From positions 620,001 to 684,000 of the forward strand of contig JADEYG010000012.1 of NCBI GenBank assembly GCA_016906335.1: a stretch of 64,000 nucleotides of DNA. Direction: 5' to 3'. Each line of letters opens with the position of its first letter. Position 1 is the first letter of the stretch. The DNA comes from Novakomyces olei (lineage: Eukaryota). Below the pieces are notes generated by a model. That model was given only the letters and a program-made list of their open reading frames with translations, had not been told where the DNA came from and did not search any database. Below are positions 24,344 through 41,485 of the stretch, one piece after another. The position numbers and the translations under genes were made by a program.

Positions 24344-25491
24344 ATGGCAGCGTCGCAGCCTTTATCATTTTCCGCTTCGTAAGTGTCTGTCTGCCCTGGA
24401 ACGAGCTAACGCGGAAAAGATTGTACCGGAAAATCGATCTACCACAGTATGTGAACCATTTTGTCGCACAAGGAACTCGGCCGTCGCGCAGTACTTTTAC
24501 TTCTTTTCGTGACATCGTCATTAGTCCACACGCTCTTTCCACGTGCGATGGAAGCGCCCTCGTTCGCGTTGGCAATGCGAGCTTTATCGGCACTTTGACC
24601 AGTTCAGTGTGCGAACCGCTGGCAGAGCGACCAAATCAGGGAATTGTTGGTACGCATTTTACTTTTGGCCTTTTTGCTATTTTTTCTTTTTCTTGACCCT
24701 GAGGTTTGTGTTTGCTCGCCGAAATTCTAATCGTGGTACAGTATGTAACTTCCGCACTGCTGCTTTAGCTAGCGGCGACAATCCTGGACCGCCCGGGAAA
24801 GTTGAACAGGCTGTTTCTGCTGTATTACAGCAGCTCTTATCACTGTAAGTTTGAAAAAATTGAAAAATAGAAATGTCTTGATAATAGAAATTAAAAATTT
24901 TTTTTTTTGAGAATCGAGCCATTTGTGTGGATCTGTACGCCTATTTCACATTGCCGCAAAGCTAAAACAAAAACTGATCTTTATATTCCAAACATACTAA
25001 TTCCCAGGATAGTAGACCTGGACTCACTCGTGATCGAGCCTGGGCTGGCAGTCCGAGTGTTGGATATTGAGGTGACTGGGATAGTGCAATCAGGCTCGTT
25101 ACTGGCTTCAGCCTGGTTCACTGTGCTGGCGACACTGGCTCATACTTCCCTTCCAGCTTTAATATTCGTGCAGGATGAAGGTCAGGCTGTTGTAGATGCG
25201 GAAGCGCCACGGCAACGTATCAAAGCTGATCTCTCAATGCACATGATAAGCTGGATTGATCTGAATGGAAATTTGCTGTTTGATGCGGATGACGAGGAGG
25301 AACAGGTGGTTCAAGACGACGGAGTCAAAAGCGTGCTTATAAACGCGCAAGGTGGAATTGGTTACCTGGATTGGCGCCATAATACTAATGGGACGGACGC
25401 AGAGACTAGCTTAAATTCTGCGCTTTTAATCGCACAGAGACGAAGTGCTGAATTAGCACAGCTGCTCAAGGAATCTTTCCCCGGCGTATAA
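24344..25491 (+). CDS. RRP43: Exosome RNase PH-like subunit Rrp43, 3 introns
   Basis: ALSTCDGSALVRVGN, NPGPPGKVEQAVS, IVDLDSLVI, LFDADDEEE. Confidence 0.75.
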
Positions 25492-25912
25492 ATATGCGCT
25501 GACAAGCCGCATTTGAGGATACCCACATTGTTTGTTTTGCTGTTTTAATATAATTTAGACTGAACAACCCGGGCCTATCAAAACAAATGTAAATTTCTCC
25601 AGCGTGGATGCCATCAATGCTGCTTTGAACTCTAGATTTACCAATACAATTGTCCTTTCAATGGTCAAAAAATATCAATTATGCTCTGCTGAGCATCACA
25701 AGTACACGCTGCATGTCCATAGCAGCAAACATAAAGGCAGTAGAAACTAGCACCATTGTCATCGTTTTCTTATCCCACTTTAAAATACTAAAACAATGTC
25801 CAGGGTTAGTTAGGGTTAATAATATTGAGGGCGCGTATCTGTTAATTAGACACGCTTTATCGGGCAAAACGGTCTCTGAAACGGCGAATAATACGGCTGC
25901 AATAAAAGAGCC

Positions 25913-27457
25913 ATGAAGGACGTGGTAATCGTTGGTACGGAGCATTAAATACAAAGACGACTCAACCATTAGGCGGCGGCATTATTGGGTGTGCGACAGC
26001 GTACTTCTTGTCGCATGACCAAGAGCGCGGCAAATCAATTAATCGAATATTTGTCGTTGAGCCGGCGGCAAAAGTAGCTGAGGGTAAAGCGTGTGAAATA
26101 TTGTCTCAGACAGCAAACTCATTCCCAAGGCGCTTCTGGTAAATCGGGTGGATTAGTCGCTCGCGATTGGCACAGATCTGCGACCGAGTCACTTGGGTTC
26201 TTCAGCTATGAATGCCACCAGGCACTGGCTAAACAGTACAATGGGCTTCGCGAGTGGGACTACCGTCCCGTCACTACCTACTCGCTCGTTTTAAACGAGG
26301 ACTCTGGTTCCAGTTCCAGTTACAGTGCTGGCCACACTAGCCGAGGTGCGCATGAGGCCATCAATGGCCTGGTCGAGTCCATTGCCGAAAACATTGGCAT
26401 GCCAAACGTGCTCCGGCAGCAGGGGCACAAGGATCTGCCTCAAGAGCTGGATATAATTGACAGGGAAAAGATCCGGGAGTGGAGTACGGTTAGCGCAGCC
26501 AATGATACTGCTGGAATGTGAGTGGACTGCTTTTGGCGGAAGCTTTTACACTGTGTGCTCTTGTATTATTGTGAGTCTAATACTTTTAGCGAGCCGGGAA
26601 AGTTTTGCCAGTTTATTATCCACGAGGCAATCAAAAACGGAGTTGAAGTTAAAAGAGGCAAGGCAGTGGCTCTCAAAATTTCTGGGGACAGTATCACTGG
26701 CGTAGTGCTCGAGTCGGGCGAGACTTTGCCGGCCACTGATGTGGTTCTCGCTGCGGGTCCCTGGTCGGGACTAGTCTGGGCCGATCTCGCCAAGAGTATA
26801 ACACTGCAAAATCAGGACGCTGTGCTGCCCACACTTGCGGTCGGAGGCTACAGCGGTCACAGTATTGTTGTCGAGTCACAAGAGGAAGCGTTTAATTTCC
26901 CTCCATGCGCCCTGATTCTGAGCGCGCAAGTTGACGGGGAATCAGACGAGATGGAGATATTCTTCCGTCCTAATGGTATGCGGACAGGAAAACAAATATC
27001 AATAAAACAGAATAAAACAACTCATGTAAACTAATAGAAATACAAAGCAAAAGCGCACAAGTGCACAATTGAAGAGTACTAATATACAGAAATTTATGCT
27101 TGTGGCTTGAATGGAAAAGACGGGAATCCGCCTGAGAGTGTTATGCACGCAACACCGCTCGAAGCTAAGATTGATCGGCTGACTGCTCTTTTGGATGCGG
27201 CGGTGCCAGGCTGGGGCGGGAAAAAATCGACAAAGCAGCAAGTCTGTTACCGACCGAGCTCAAGGGACGCGGTGCCTCTTGTAGGTAATATTAGTAACTC
27301 AAAGTTGCTTCGAAATTTTTATGTAGGCACTGGCCATACTTGTTGGGGTATTAGTCTTGGACCGGGTACGGGTAAATGCCTCAGCGATCTTGTATACGGC
27401 AGACCGCCACCGTGTGATATCTCAAAGTTAGATCCAACCAGGTTTGACCGTATTTGA
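25913..27457 (+). CDS. FAD-dependent oxidoreductase (DAO family, Tda3-like), 4 introns
   Basis: MKDVVIV|GGGIIGCATAYFL Rossmann motif, GASGKSGG, VVLAAGPWS, GHTCWGISLGPGTG. Confidence 0.85.
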
Positions 27458-27464
27458 GAAACGC

Positions 27465-27607
27465 AATTTAATTTTCATAATTGTAATTTAATTTTCATAA
27501 TTGTAATTTAATTTTCATATAATTGTAATTAATTTTCATATAATTGTAATTAATTTTTCATATGATTGTAATTAATTTTTCATATGATTGTAATTAATTT
27601 TAATTTA
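27465..27607. repeat. AT-rich 20-23 bp tandem repeat (AATTTTCATA[TA]ATTGTAATT) x~6
   Basis: Read directly between convergent genes. Confidence 0.85.
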
Positions 27608-27694
27608 CCGTATAGTACCAAGTGTAATACAGGTGTTGTGTGTGTGTGTGGGGGCGTGTCCCCGCAAAGGGTACCGTATATACAAACTGCAGTA

Positions 27695-28501
27695 TCAGCT
27701 GTCAAGGCTATCTTGCAAATAATCAAACTTATGCTTTCCACGCTCTGTGTGACTTTTGGTCATGGGCTTTCCGCTCCCCGTGTAGCCGACACGACCACCG
27801 AATCCTTCGGGAGAGCGAAAAATACTCTTCTCTCCTATTTTGACCCGACCGCCCGCGCCACCCAACTTCACGCCCTTGTTGGCAAACTTTTTCCACGACT
27901 GTTGGGACTGTAATAAACGGGCCTTTTCCTCCTGTGATGTGTTTTTGTTCTTAAGTCTCTTTGAGGGCGGTAATGGAGCGGCAGAATCGTTTTCCCTCGT
28001 ACTCGCTGGCGCAGGTGGAGGCGGGTGAGCCCCTTTAACTGGAGCCGCAGGTTTCGCAGCGGGCGAGGCCTTTGTGGACGGTGGAGGCTTTACAGAAGCA
28101 GATGCTAAAGCAGCCACACTAGTTGCTGGCTTCACCTGCTTTGCCGGTAGCGTTTCTGTCGCATTATAACCAGTAAACTTTACCGTTAGTACAGGCGAAG
28201 CCTTGGAGCCTGTTATCGACGTGACTCTTGCGGGATAGAGCCGACCATCGCCGCTCGCCCAGCGCGCCATTACGGGATCGCCTACGCTAAAGTGATCCGT
28301 TCCCGATCCATCTGGTTTGTCAGACACTGTTGCTTTGGATGCGTGCTCGCTTGCTTCCTCAAGGTACGTCTCTGTCAGACTTATCAAGTCTGCGAGTTCG
28401 CTCTCTAAACTGAGAAGCTCTTCGTTCTCAGGATCGTCCCGAAGAGACTCGCGCACCGTTGACAGCTGTACGCGGTACTGCTCAAGCTCCCCCGAGTCCA
28501 T
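27695..28501 (-). CDS. SPF30: Tudor-domain splicing factor Spf30/SMNDC1
   Basis: ELEQYRVQLSTV, Tudor FSVGDPVMARWASGDGRLYPARVT, SWKKF, SIFRSPEGFGGRVGYTGSGK. Confidence 0.92.
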   Translation of the reverse strand: MDSGELEQYRVQLSTVRESLRDDPENEELLSLESELADLISLTETYLEEASEHASKATVSDKPDGSGTDHFSVGDPVMARWASGDGRLYPARVTSITGSKASPVLTVKFTGYNATETLPAKQVKPATSVAALASASVKPPPSTKASPAAKPAAPVKGAHPPPPAPASTRENDSAAPLPPSKRLKNKNTSQEEKARLLQSQQSWKKFANKGVKLGGAGGRVKIGEKSIFRSPEGFGGRVGYTGSGKPMTKSHTERGKHKFDYLQDSLDS

Positions 28502-29444
28502 ACTTTGAAAGCCTCACGAATCTACCGCAATTAAACGTATATTATATTAAAACGTATAGAATTAAGATGTATAGAATAGGAGATTATCATTGTATACGTG
28601 ATGCTGTAAATGGTGTATACTTTTCAAGATACTTTTATATTACAGCTGCAAAGGTGAATAACATTCGTTTGTTTCATCGTTCTTTGTATTTTTATCTGAA
28701 TAACATTCTTTTGTTTTATCGTTCTTTGCATTTAGGTGAATATCCTCGTATACAGATGAATCCTTCCAAATAAGCTGAACTGCTGACCGCGCGAAATACA
28801 GAGCGAGAGCGTATATACTACATGTGACGTTGTATGGCAAGCAATAATGAATTGGCGCGAAACCAGACAAACAAAGTAATACAAAATGCATAAATACGAT
28901 ATTCTCACCTGCTATGCCCACTCGCAGATTGATAATTTGTAATCCGATGTAAACCTGATCATTACTTGCGGCCATACAGTGACGAATTAGGCTGTGTCAC
29001 GCAGTACGGATTCACTTGTATTTCGGGCAAAACACGATTCTTTTCGCGTGCATTTAACAAATTACATGACAGGCACAAGAAATCGACTTAGTAAAGCACA
29101 CGTTCTAGTTGCTGCTACGCTTATCATGCGATTAGGGTTTTCCGCTCGTATTAACCCGACAAGCAAGAAAATAGATCTGCTGCCACATCCACGACAGGTG
29201 AAGGACGCAGGAGCACACAGCCTCCATCAAACAACCGTGTTTGATTGGAAGAGTCGGGTTTGCCACGGAAAAAATTAGAGCATTTCTGCTTGAACCCAGA
29301 CTGCTTCTTTGCTGTACAAGAGCTGGCCCAGATCAAGGTATCAGGGTAACGTGCCTTAAACCAGATTATATCGTACCAGGCTGCTTTTGACGCGGCGGTT
29401 CAATTACTTTCCAACGCTCTAGGCTTTTCGCTTCTACGAAAAAA

Positions 29445-31163
29445 ATGACTCAGACCCGCGAGATCAACGAAGAGCCACTCTTGACGGCCAAACGTGAAAT
29501 GGAGGAGTCAGGAGGCCTTTCTTTTCGCGATATTCCCCACGATCTTTTGTTCACGGACGACTTCCGCAACGATCCTCGCTTCCTCTCAATATTCAATCTC
29601 TCGGATCACCGTATCGACAGCTCCAATGACGCTTTGATTGAAGGGGATAATAAGCGAAGCAGCAGCAGCAGTAGTAGTAGCAGTACTAGCAGTACTATGG
29701 GAGACGACAGAGCAGCAGCAGCAGCCGCAGCCGCCGTGGCCTATGCTGCCAACAAGGAGCAGAAGCGACCTTATCTGATAGAAAGCCCGTCTGCAAGTGC
29801 CGTTTCCTCTGCAGACTCACCTCATATTAAACGTATGCTATTCCGTTTCTCGGTTTGCTTTTTTTCTATTCAATTGTTTTATACCATCTTTCCGTTACTT
29901 TATCAAATGGCTTTTCTAACAAGGGCAGGCCACGCTGACTCCCGACGATCGTCGTCTAACGATGACTTTGACTCGGAAATTAAGCACCGCAAACCCGGTC
30001 GTAAACCTCTGCTCTCTGAGCCCGTCGACAAACGCAAGGCCCAGAATCGTGCTGCACAGCGCGCCTTCCGTGAGCGCAAGGAGAACGCGGTTCGTGTACT
30101 GGAAGATCGTGTGATGGTTTTGGAAAGTCACAATTCTGAAGTCGACTCGGAGAACAGCAAACTTCGTGCCGAAATTAAGCGCTTGACTGGTGAGCTCTCG
30201 ATACTTCGAGGAAAACCCTTTACTTTTTCCATGCAGCCTCGTCAGAGGGAAGAGGAGCCACCCGCAGCCTTGGAGGATGTGCCACCCTTGCTAAACGCAC
30301 AAGACACTGCCGATTACAAGTCAACATCGTCTGTTAGTGAGGCCTCGCCAGAGACGAATGATTCGATTGGACTTAATGATGGTGCCAGGGCAAGGAGCAA
30401 GGACAATTTGCAAGCTTTGTCGTCATCGCTGAAAAGCAGGTCTGCCCCTGCATGCCAGGATGACTTTTGTGAGAAGCTGTCATTAGCATGTGGCACTAGA
30501 GAACACCCTATTCCTATAGGAAAGCCGTACGGTGTCGAGGCATCGATTTCAAAATACTCACAAAAAGGCTTAGCTGATCCTAGCCATGCATTTACAAATC
30601 CGGCCGATTTGATCTCGGTACAGGAGACCTTCTTTGCATCGGACGTTAATGGTGCAAACTTTTTACCAATGGACAACGTCAACAAGGACGTGTTTTCTGC
30701 GTTTAGAAATCCTGATGGAGACTTTGATTTCGATACAAGCCACGATATATCGGGAGAAGATTTACGCGAAGGCATATTTGATGAACTTGGCCAATTCGAC
30801 ACTGGTAATGCTAATCTCTTTGTCGATGATTCGCCATCACAATGGCCGACGGGTCCTTCTGGTAGTGAAGGTCTGCACTCTACTGGAGGACGCCAAATAA
30901 GGAACGCTGAAACTTACAGCGTGGAAGGAGAAGACGAAGGAGAAGAAGATGAGGACGAGTCAAAGACAATAATGCCACCAGAAGCACAGTATATTACTTG
31001 CCCTGCGATTTGGCAACAACTAAGAGCTCGGGAAGATTTCGAGTCTTTGGATATCGATAAATTATGCGCCGATTTACGTGGAAAGGCAAAATGTTCCATG
31101 GACGGGCCTGTACTGACAGAGACCGACATGGATGATGTTTTGCAGCAGCATGGAGGAAAATAA
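29445..31163 (+). CDS. PAP1: AP-1-like bZIP oxidative stress transcription factor Pap1/Yap1; probable in-frame intron 29833-29928
   Basis: KRKAQNRAAQRAFRERKE bZIP, n-CRD FCEKLSLACGT, c-CRD CPAIWQ...DIDKLCADLRGKAKCS. Confidence 0.93.
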   Translation: MTQTREINEEPLLTAKREMEESGGLSFRDIPHDLLFTDDFRNDPRFLSIFNLSDHRIDSSNDALIEGDNKRSSSSSSSSSTSSTMGDDRAAAAAAAAVAYAANKEQKRPYLIESPSASAVSSADSPHIKRMLFRFSVCFFSIQLFYTIFPLLYQMAFLTRAGHADSRRSSSNDDFDSEIKHRKPGRKPLLSEPVDKRKAQNRAAQRAFRERKENAVRVLEDRVMVLESHNSEVDSENSKLRAEIKRLTGELSILRGKPFTFSMQPRQREEEPPAALEDVPPLLNAQDTADYKSTSSVSEASPETNDSIGLNDGARARSKDNLQALSSSLKSRSAPACQDDFCEKLSLACGTREHPIPIGKPYGVEASISKYSQKGLADPSHAFTNPADLISVQETFFASDVNGANFLPMDNVNKDVFSAFRNPDGDFDFDTSHDISGEDLREGIFDELGQFDTGNANLFVDDSPSQWPTGPSGSEGLHSTGGRQIRNAETYSVEGEDEGEEDEDESKTIMPPEAQYITCPAIWQQLRAREDFESLDIDKLCADLRGKAKCSMDGPVLTETDMDDVLQQHGGK

Positions 31164-31744
31164 GCTTTTTTAATCTTTCAAAGAGAGGGAAGGAATCAAA
31201 GGTGCATGGTTTATTGGCGGCGTATGATGACGCTCTCTTCTCATATTGTTTGATATTTTTTTACATTTTCTGTTTTTGATTATGCTTTGCTTTTACTTTG
31301 TACTCGTGTATATAATCTGATGGCTACATGCAAATCTGTAGTTCGAGTATAGAATAGGTCTCATCTTTCCAGCACTTAGTAAATTTAATGTTACATATGA
31401 ATATCGCGTCGAAATTTTTTTATTTTTCTTGTCCTTTTAAAGTGCGTTCGCGAATGACTACCATTTGTGCCGTTTAATCTCCGCCGGTTTTATTCAAGTT
31501 TTTGTTCTTTTCTTAAGATCCGGTTTGAACTATGGCTTTTAAACTACGGTTTTATTCTTTTATAAAAGTTCACATATAATTTACTGTATAATTTATTGCA
31601 TACAAAAAGATTTTGTGCATGTATACTTTTGTAGTACAATGCTATTTCTATACTTCGTCATATATAAATCGGGGGTTATCAACAAGCAATCTTACCTGCT
31701 TCCTAATAATCGCTTTTAGCCCGTTACCACATACTATGATATAA

Positions 31745-35993
<4,249 letters not shown>

Positions 35994-36329
35994 TCTGCTT
36001 TATTCTTGCCATGGCTTTTATTTGCAGCTTGCGTCTTGCTGCTCTCTATAATATCTCGTTAGATGAGCGGCAATACTCTTATACCTGTTTCTTTGTGACG
36101 CTTTACACATTCACCGGTTGGGGCATTCACATGCCTACATTAATTAATGTCTTTGTAATTTGATAATACGACGAGAGCATGTTTGCGTATAAAGACGCAA
36201 AATCGTTTAACGGTCGGTAGACGGAGTGAAATATTATATTAATTTGGAAGTATAATTGAAACAAATTCCGTTGGACAATTGCCAATCAATTTTGAGTAGA
36301 CGCGCCGACGACAGTGCCCGCGTTCACTA

Positions 36330-36610
36330 ATCGTGCAAGAAAGCAAAACTAATTGAAAAGAAATGTAAACTAATTATAAAACGAATAATAAAATAAAATG
36401 GAGAAATAAAATACATAAATAAAATAGAGAAATAAAATAGAGAGATCAATAGAGGACAAAAAAACAACAGAAAAGGAAAAGAATAAAAAATAAAAAATAC
36501 AAAATACAAATACGAATACAAATACAAAAAAAAAATAAAAAATAAAAAATAAAAAATAAAATAATAAAAAATACGTATAATAAAAAATACGTATAATAAA
36601 AAAATATCCT
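36330..36610. repeat. Strand-asymmetric A-rich low-complexity tract upstream of PHO85
   Basis: Runs of AAAAT and AAATAC. Similar tracts occur at ~41720-42010, 45020-45270, 53990-54145 and 58660-58840. Confidence 0.75.
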
Positions 36611-36778
36611 TCGTATATTTGGCAATTAAATCAAGTATCGAAACATAAAAATTAGCTTTAGAGATAACGGTATACATTATTAAATAAGATGTGAATAATC
36701 AAGCATTAAATCATACACAGCAACGTTTGAGCGCAGCAAAGCTTATCCAAGGAAAACGCCGTTTGGCGGTGGGCGACG

Positions 36779-37843
36779 ATGAACTTTCAGCAGCTAGAAA
36801 AACTGGGTATGCGTGGATAAAGCTAATATGAAATCGTTGCAAAAAGTACGATCTAACAACCGCAGGCGAGGGAACGTATGCTACGGTATACAAAGGGCGC
36901 GATCGGAGTACGGGAGAAATGGTGGCACTTAAAGAGATCCATGTGGACGCGGAGGAAGGGACGCCAAGCACGGCTATCAGGGAAATCTCGCTCATGAAAG
37001 AGCTAAAGCACGAGAATATTGTGGCGTTATGGGACGTAATTCACACGGAGAACAAGCTTATGCTGGTATTCGAGTGCATGGACAAAGACTTGAAAAAGTT
37101 TATGGACTCGGCCGGCAATAAGGGAGCTCTTGAAGCACCTTTGATTAAAAGCTTTATGTACCAGCTTTTGAGTGGCGTCAATTTCTGCCACGAAAATCGC
37201 GTCCTCCACCGGGACTTGAAGCCTCAAAATCTGCTGATAAATACACGTGGAGAGTTAAAGCTGGCTGACTTTGGCTTGGCTCGTGCTTTTGGAATACCGG
37301 TCAACACGTTCTCCAACGAGGTTGTTACCCTGTGGTACCGCGCCCCGGACGTGCTATTGGGGAGCCGTACCTACTCAACTTCCATCGACATTTGGTCCGC
37401 AGGCTGTATTATGGCCGAAATGTACACGGGCCGCCCTTTGTTCCCGGGCGCCAATAACGAGGACCAGCTGCTGCGGATATTTCGGCTCATGGGGACGCCG
37501 AACGAGCAGACTTGGCCTAAAGTAACGCAGCTGCCAGAGTGGAAGGGCTCTTACCCTTATTTCTCGATTCAAGACCTGCGACAGATTTTGCCAATGATTG
37601 ATCCTCTCGGGCTCGATTTGCTACAGCAAATGCTGCAAATGCAGCCTCATATGCGTATAAGCGCACGCGATGCTTTAAGGTATTGTTTTGGGAACTGAAT
37701 TATTTTTGAAACTGAACTATTTTTGAAACTGAATTATTTTTGAAACTGACTAGAGACTAATGACCAGGCACGCATGGTTTGCAGATCTCGTACAGAGCGG
37801 GAACGTCAATATTCCTATCAGCATGCCACAAGCAGCCTACTAG
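36779..37843 (+). CDS. PHO85: Cyclin-dependent kinase Pho85/Pef1, 2 introns
   Basis: [45 protein letters not shown]; last exon RHAWF...AY*. Confidence 0.96.
37692..37749. repeat. 18-bp tandem repeat (AACTGAAYTATTTTTGA-like) x3 inside PHO85 intron 2
   Basis: Read directly. Confidence 0.8.
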
Positions 37844-38493
37844 GGTGACGGGTTTGCTTCCCTGCTCGTTTGTTTGTTTGTTTTATAAGGCTTTTAATTT
37901 TTGACCGTACTAGCGAAGGCTTACACTATTCCTTTTGGCGATTGTTTAAACACATTTTTGTTATACGCCTGTGCTTTTGTGCAGCCTTGTAGCTGCTCTT
38001 GCTACTCACTGCTCCAGGCAAAGGCTCCAAGGACGCGATGGACGCAACAGATGAAATACTTCATCACAATACTACTACATCTAGTCATACAGTGAAATGT
38101 GACTATCGATAGAGCGACTTGTACAATATACATCCTTATACCAATTTGATGTCGTTTTGAAAGTACATCCTGGCTCGCACATGGTCACAGCCGTCGAATA
38201 CTGGGGATCACCGAGTTTAGACTTGTATATTATCGATTAAAATACAATTGTCTTTTACTTCGTCCAGTATTCTTTCATCCCGATTTTTGCTGGGGAAAAG
38301 GGCAAAGTTAGGCTTGTAAAATGCTTATAAATGTATCGAGCGGCTGTCAACGGACCAAAAGCCGGAGGTAAAGTCTAAAGACGTATACATGGAACAAAAG
38401 CACATTCTACGCTCTAAAGGCCTGATACCCGCTTATTGTTTCTGCTAATAATTTTTGTATTCTCTGTATCTTTTACCTACACGGATAGAATGC

Positions 38494-39216
38494 TTAATCG
38501 CTTTGCACTTGGCCTGAGCCCTTGTAGCCCTTGCTGCTCACACCCGTAATAGGCTCAGCGTTATAGCTGCGCAAACGCTCGTTGGCGGCTTCCTGCCACT
38601 CTTTGGTCATAGTGCTTGGCGGCCCTGGCATAAACGCCTTTATCGTGAAAAACAGACCAAGCGCTGCAGCAAGGCCAACAACGGTGCCCCGGAAAACTTT
38701 GCCCTTAAATCCAGGCTGCTCCCATTCCTGCTTGGCCCGAGGACCGTACGCGCCGTAAGCGAGATACAGTGCTAGAAAATTAGAAAAAATCTCAAAAAAA
38801 GAAAAAAAAGAAAAGAAAAAAAAAAAGAATCAAATGTATAGAGAACAGTAGGCTGGGTTCTAATGTGCCATTCGACCTCAATGATTGAACATGAATGGCA
38901 CAGTTTTTAAAGATAGAAAAAGAGGGTATAAATATATAAAAGTGACAACGTCTCTCTTGAACTTACCCGCATCCTTCTCGGCCTTGGTGAGCTCGTTCCA
39001 TGGAGCCTTCATACGCTCACGCACTTCGAGAGTCAATTCATCCTGCTCCGCCTCGGTCATATCCGGGAAACGCTGCTCCAAATCAATCAATTTAGGTGTC
39101 GAGATTACGCTGGTGGAATAGCGCAGCTGCATTTGCTTAGGAGCCGATCGTAGAGCCATACGGACCGGCGCGCACAATGGCGCTACAGCTGGACGGAAAA
39201 CAAGACGTGATGCCAT
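38494..39216 (-). CDS. COX5: Cytochrome c oxidase subunit Cox5 (COX IV family); intron 38966-38772
   Basis: LIDLEQRF, PWNELTKAEKDA|ALYLAYGAYGPR, PSTMTKEWQEAANE, EPITG...KGSGQVQSD*. Confidence 0.92.
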
Positions 39217-39572
39217 TGGTGGAGGGCAATTGCTTTAAGCCTTGATCCGTTGGATTTTGGTGTGCCTTTTGTGTATAGGTTTTTTGGTGAGCCCACCATT
39301 GGTTCCATTGCCACCCGAGAAAACCCTGACTATATTTATAGACCATACATTAACGAACGTGTAGTATTGTACAGATGTGTGTACTAAAATCCAGATAATT
39401 ATGGCTGTACGTACAAGTAATTTTGTATGCTCACTACATATAATCTACATTTAACGACTTGTACGCGCACGGGCCCCGTGGCCGTATATTGGCCGTATAC
39501 AAATCCATCCTGTATGAATGAATGGTTCTATCAATGCATATTCCAGCCTACGCGTAAGCTGCTAGTTCATCA

Positions 39573-41485
39573 TCATCGGAGACTCTGTGAGCTGTGATTC
39601 CAGGCGGTCAGTCCAGGCGCAGACCCGTGTGTATCATGAACTCCATTGGCTTCAGAATCAACAGCACTCGCTGTCCTGCTGGCTCCGTTAAACGCATGAT
39701 CTCCGCCGGCAATGCCACCCACTGGCCTATTAGCACTCACAGAATCGTTCGAAGGGTATCGCTGTCCATCGCTTCCTCCATTTACACCGTAGCTAGACGG
39801 ACCGTACCGCGGGTACTGTGTTCCATTGTCATCCGTGCCCACCTGGCCTCGTTCTTTCAGTGCGGCTGCCTCTTGCTGCTGCTTTGAAAGCGCCTGTTCT
39901 TCTGCAGTAATCAGCTCTTGACGAGCCAGAAGCCGTTCTTTGGCCGCTTCCAAGTCCCAAACGAAAAACGAGGGCATTCTCTTTACTTGCGCCTCATCAG
40001 ACTCGGAAAAGACTGCACGGGCAGAAAACTTTACCTCTGCCCCAGTAGTAAGAAGGTTACGCAGCACATTGTCAAATAGACAAGAGTGCGTTCGGGTCTC
40101 TGCCTGCGAATCCTCACCAGACTCTCGTTCGGAAAGGTTAGTATCAGCACTCGCGCCGATGGTACTCTCAGCATTATTATTTATACTAGTACTGGCCGGC
40201 TGAAGAGAAGAAGGAGCAACTGGCACGGGAGTAGAGGGCTGAGTACTGCTTTCAGCGACTCCAAATTTGGCCCACGAGGCAGTTGAAGGCAGTGCAGAAC
40301 CGTCGCCAGAGTCATTAGATGCTTGACTTGGCTGAGCGTCCATAAAGGCTGCCGAGTGCTCCTGAGACCTTACAGGCCTTGACTGGGCTGCTGAAGTGCG
40401 AGCAACAGCAGGCGTCATATGCCCAAGCCCGAGCTTCGAGCTGTGCTGCAGAGTCGCCAGATCTTCTTTAGTGAAACTGTCAACGTCCTCACCGGGCTCA
40501 TGCAGGTACATGCACCCGGCATTAGGGCAAGGCTGATTGCGCAAGTAGGCAGTACAGTACTTTGTAGTTCCATAACTTGCTCTCAAGACACGACCCTCAT
40601 TAACGGACCCGTCTACAGCAGCAATTGCACGTGCAGCGTCCTCCTTGCGGTAGTAGGTTATGTAGACTCCAACGTAGCCGCCATTAGGGCCGTTTGCGTT
40701 TTTCTTGTTCACCACTAGTTTGGCAATTTTCCCATACTGGCCAAAGTATTCTGGGCCCCGCAAGATGGAAATAAGATCATCGTTTGCGATTTTCGGGCTC
40801 AGGCCGTTTACATAAACCAGATTTTTCTGTACCACCCTTATATTTGCCAAGTGTTTACGGTTAGCCGCCTCCACCTCTTTGCGTTCTTTTTCCATTCTCT
40901 TACGCTCGTTCTTGCGGTGATTGTCTGTTTTCCATCTAAAAGTTAGATACGATCAAACAGAGGGGCATAATAAAGATATAACTTTAAATGAAGCAGACGG
41001 ACATATGAAGCAGCTGAAAGCGATAAAATTGAATATAGTACAATACAAAGAACGAAAAAAAAAGAAAAGAAAAAAAAAGAAAAAGGTAATGAACATCTAG
41101 TGCAAGTGTCTGTTGTACATGCTTCAAATCAAAGCACAGGAGAACGAAAAAGCAATTAAATGTCAAGGGGACAATTAAAACGCAAAGACCTACTCTTCTG
41201 CCGTTACTGGCTTCCATTGTACTGTGTGCTCTGAATAGGGCCGCCGGCAGGCGGGACACCTGCCATTCAAATCTGACATGATATGGTTCCAGCAGAATCG
41301 ACACACCTGGTACCCGCACTCGCAGGGCTTAAAATTTTTGTCACTGATATCGAGTTCCTCCATACATAGTGGGCTATAGTTAGTACTAGCAGCCGACGCA
41401 ACGCTCGCTCATACCAGTCCTTTTCTTCGTCGTCCTCGGACACGTATGCATCATGCTGGTGATGGTTTGCGTACGTAGCTGCCAT
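39573..41485 (-). CDS. NOT4: CCR4-NOT E3 ligase Not4/Mot2 (RING + RRM), 2 introns
   Basis: CPLCMEELDISDKNFKPCECGYQVCRFCW, LANIRVVQKNLVYV, YFGQYGKI, YGTTKYC. Confidence 0.95.

Noticed and set aside
27465-27607. CRISPR-like appearance of short repeats (also at 8036, 11305, 37692)
   Set aside because: The copies are head-to-tail with no unique spacers, there are no cas genes, and the context is eukaryotic.
29088-29094. TTAGTAA AP-1 site upstream of PAP1 (autoregulation)
   Set aside because: It is a single AT-rich 7-mer that also occurs at unrelated positions (~2685, 5385, 53941).
36327-36677. Phe/Ile/Tyr-rich 'membrane protein' ORFs (also 41653-42119, 23567-23803, 21566-21820)
   Set aside because: They derive from T-rich low-complexity intergenic or intronic DNA.
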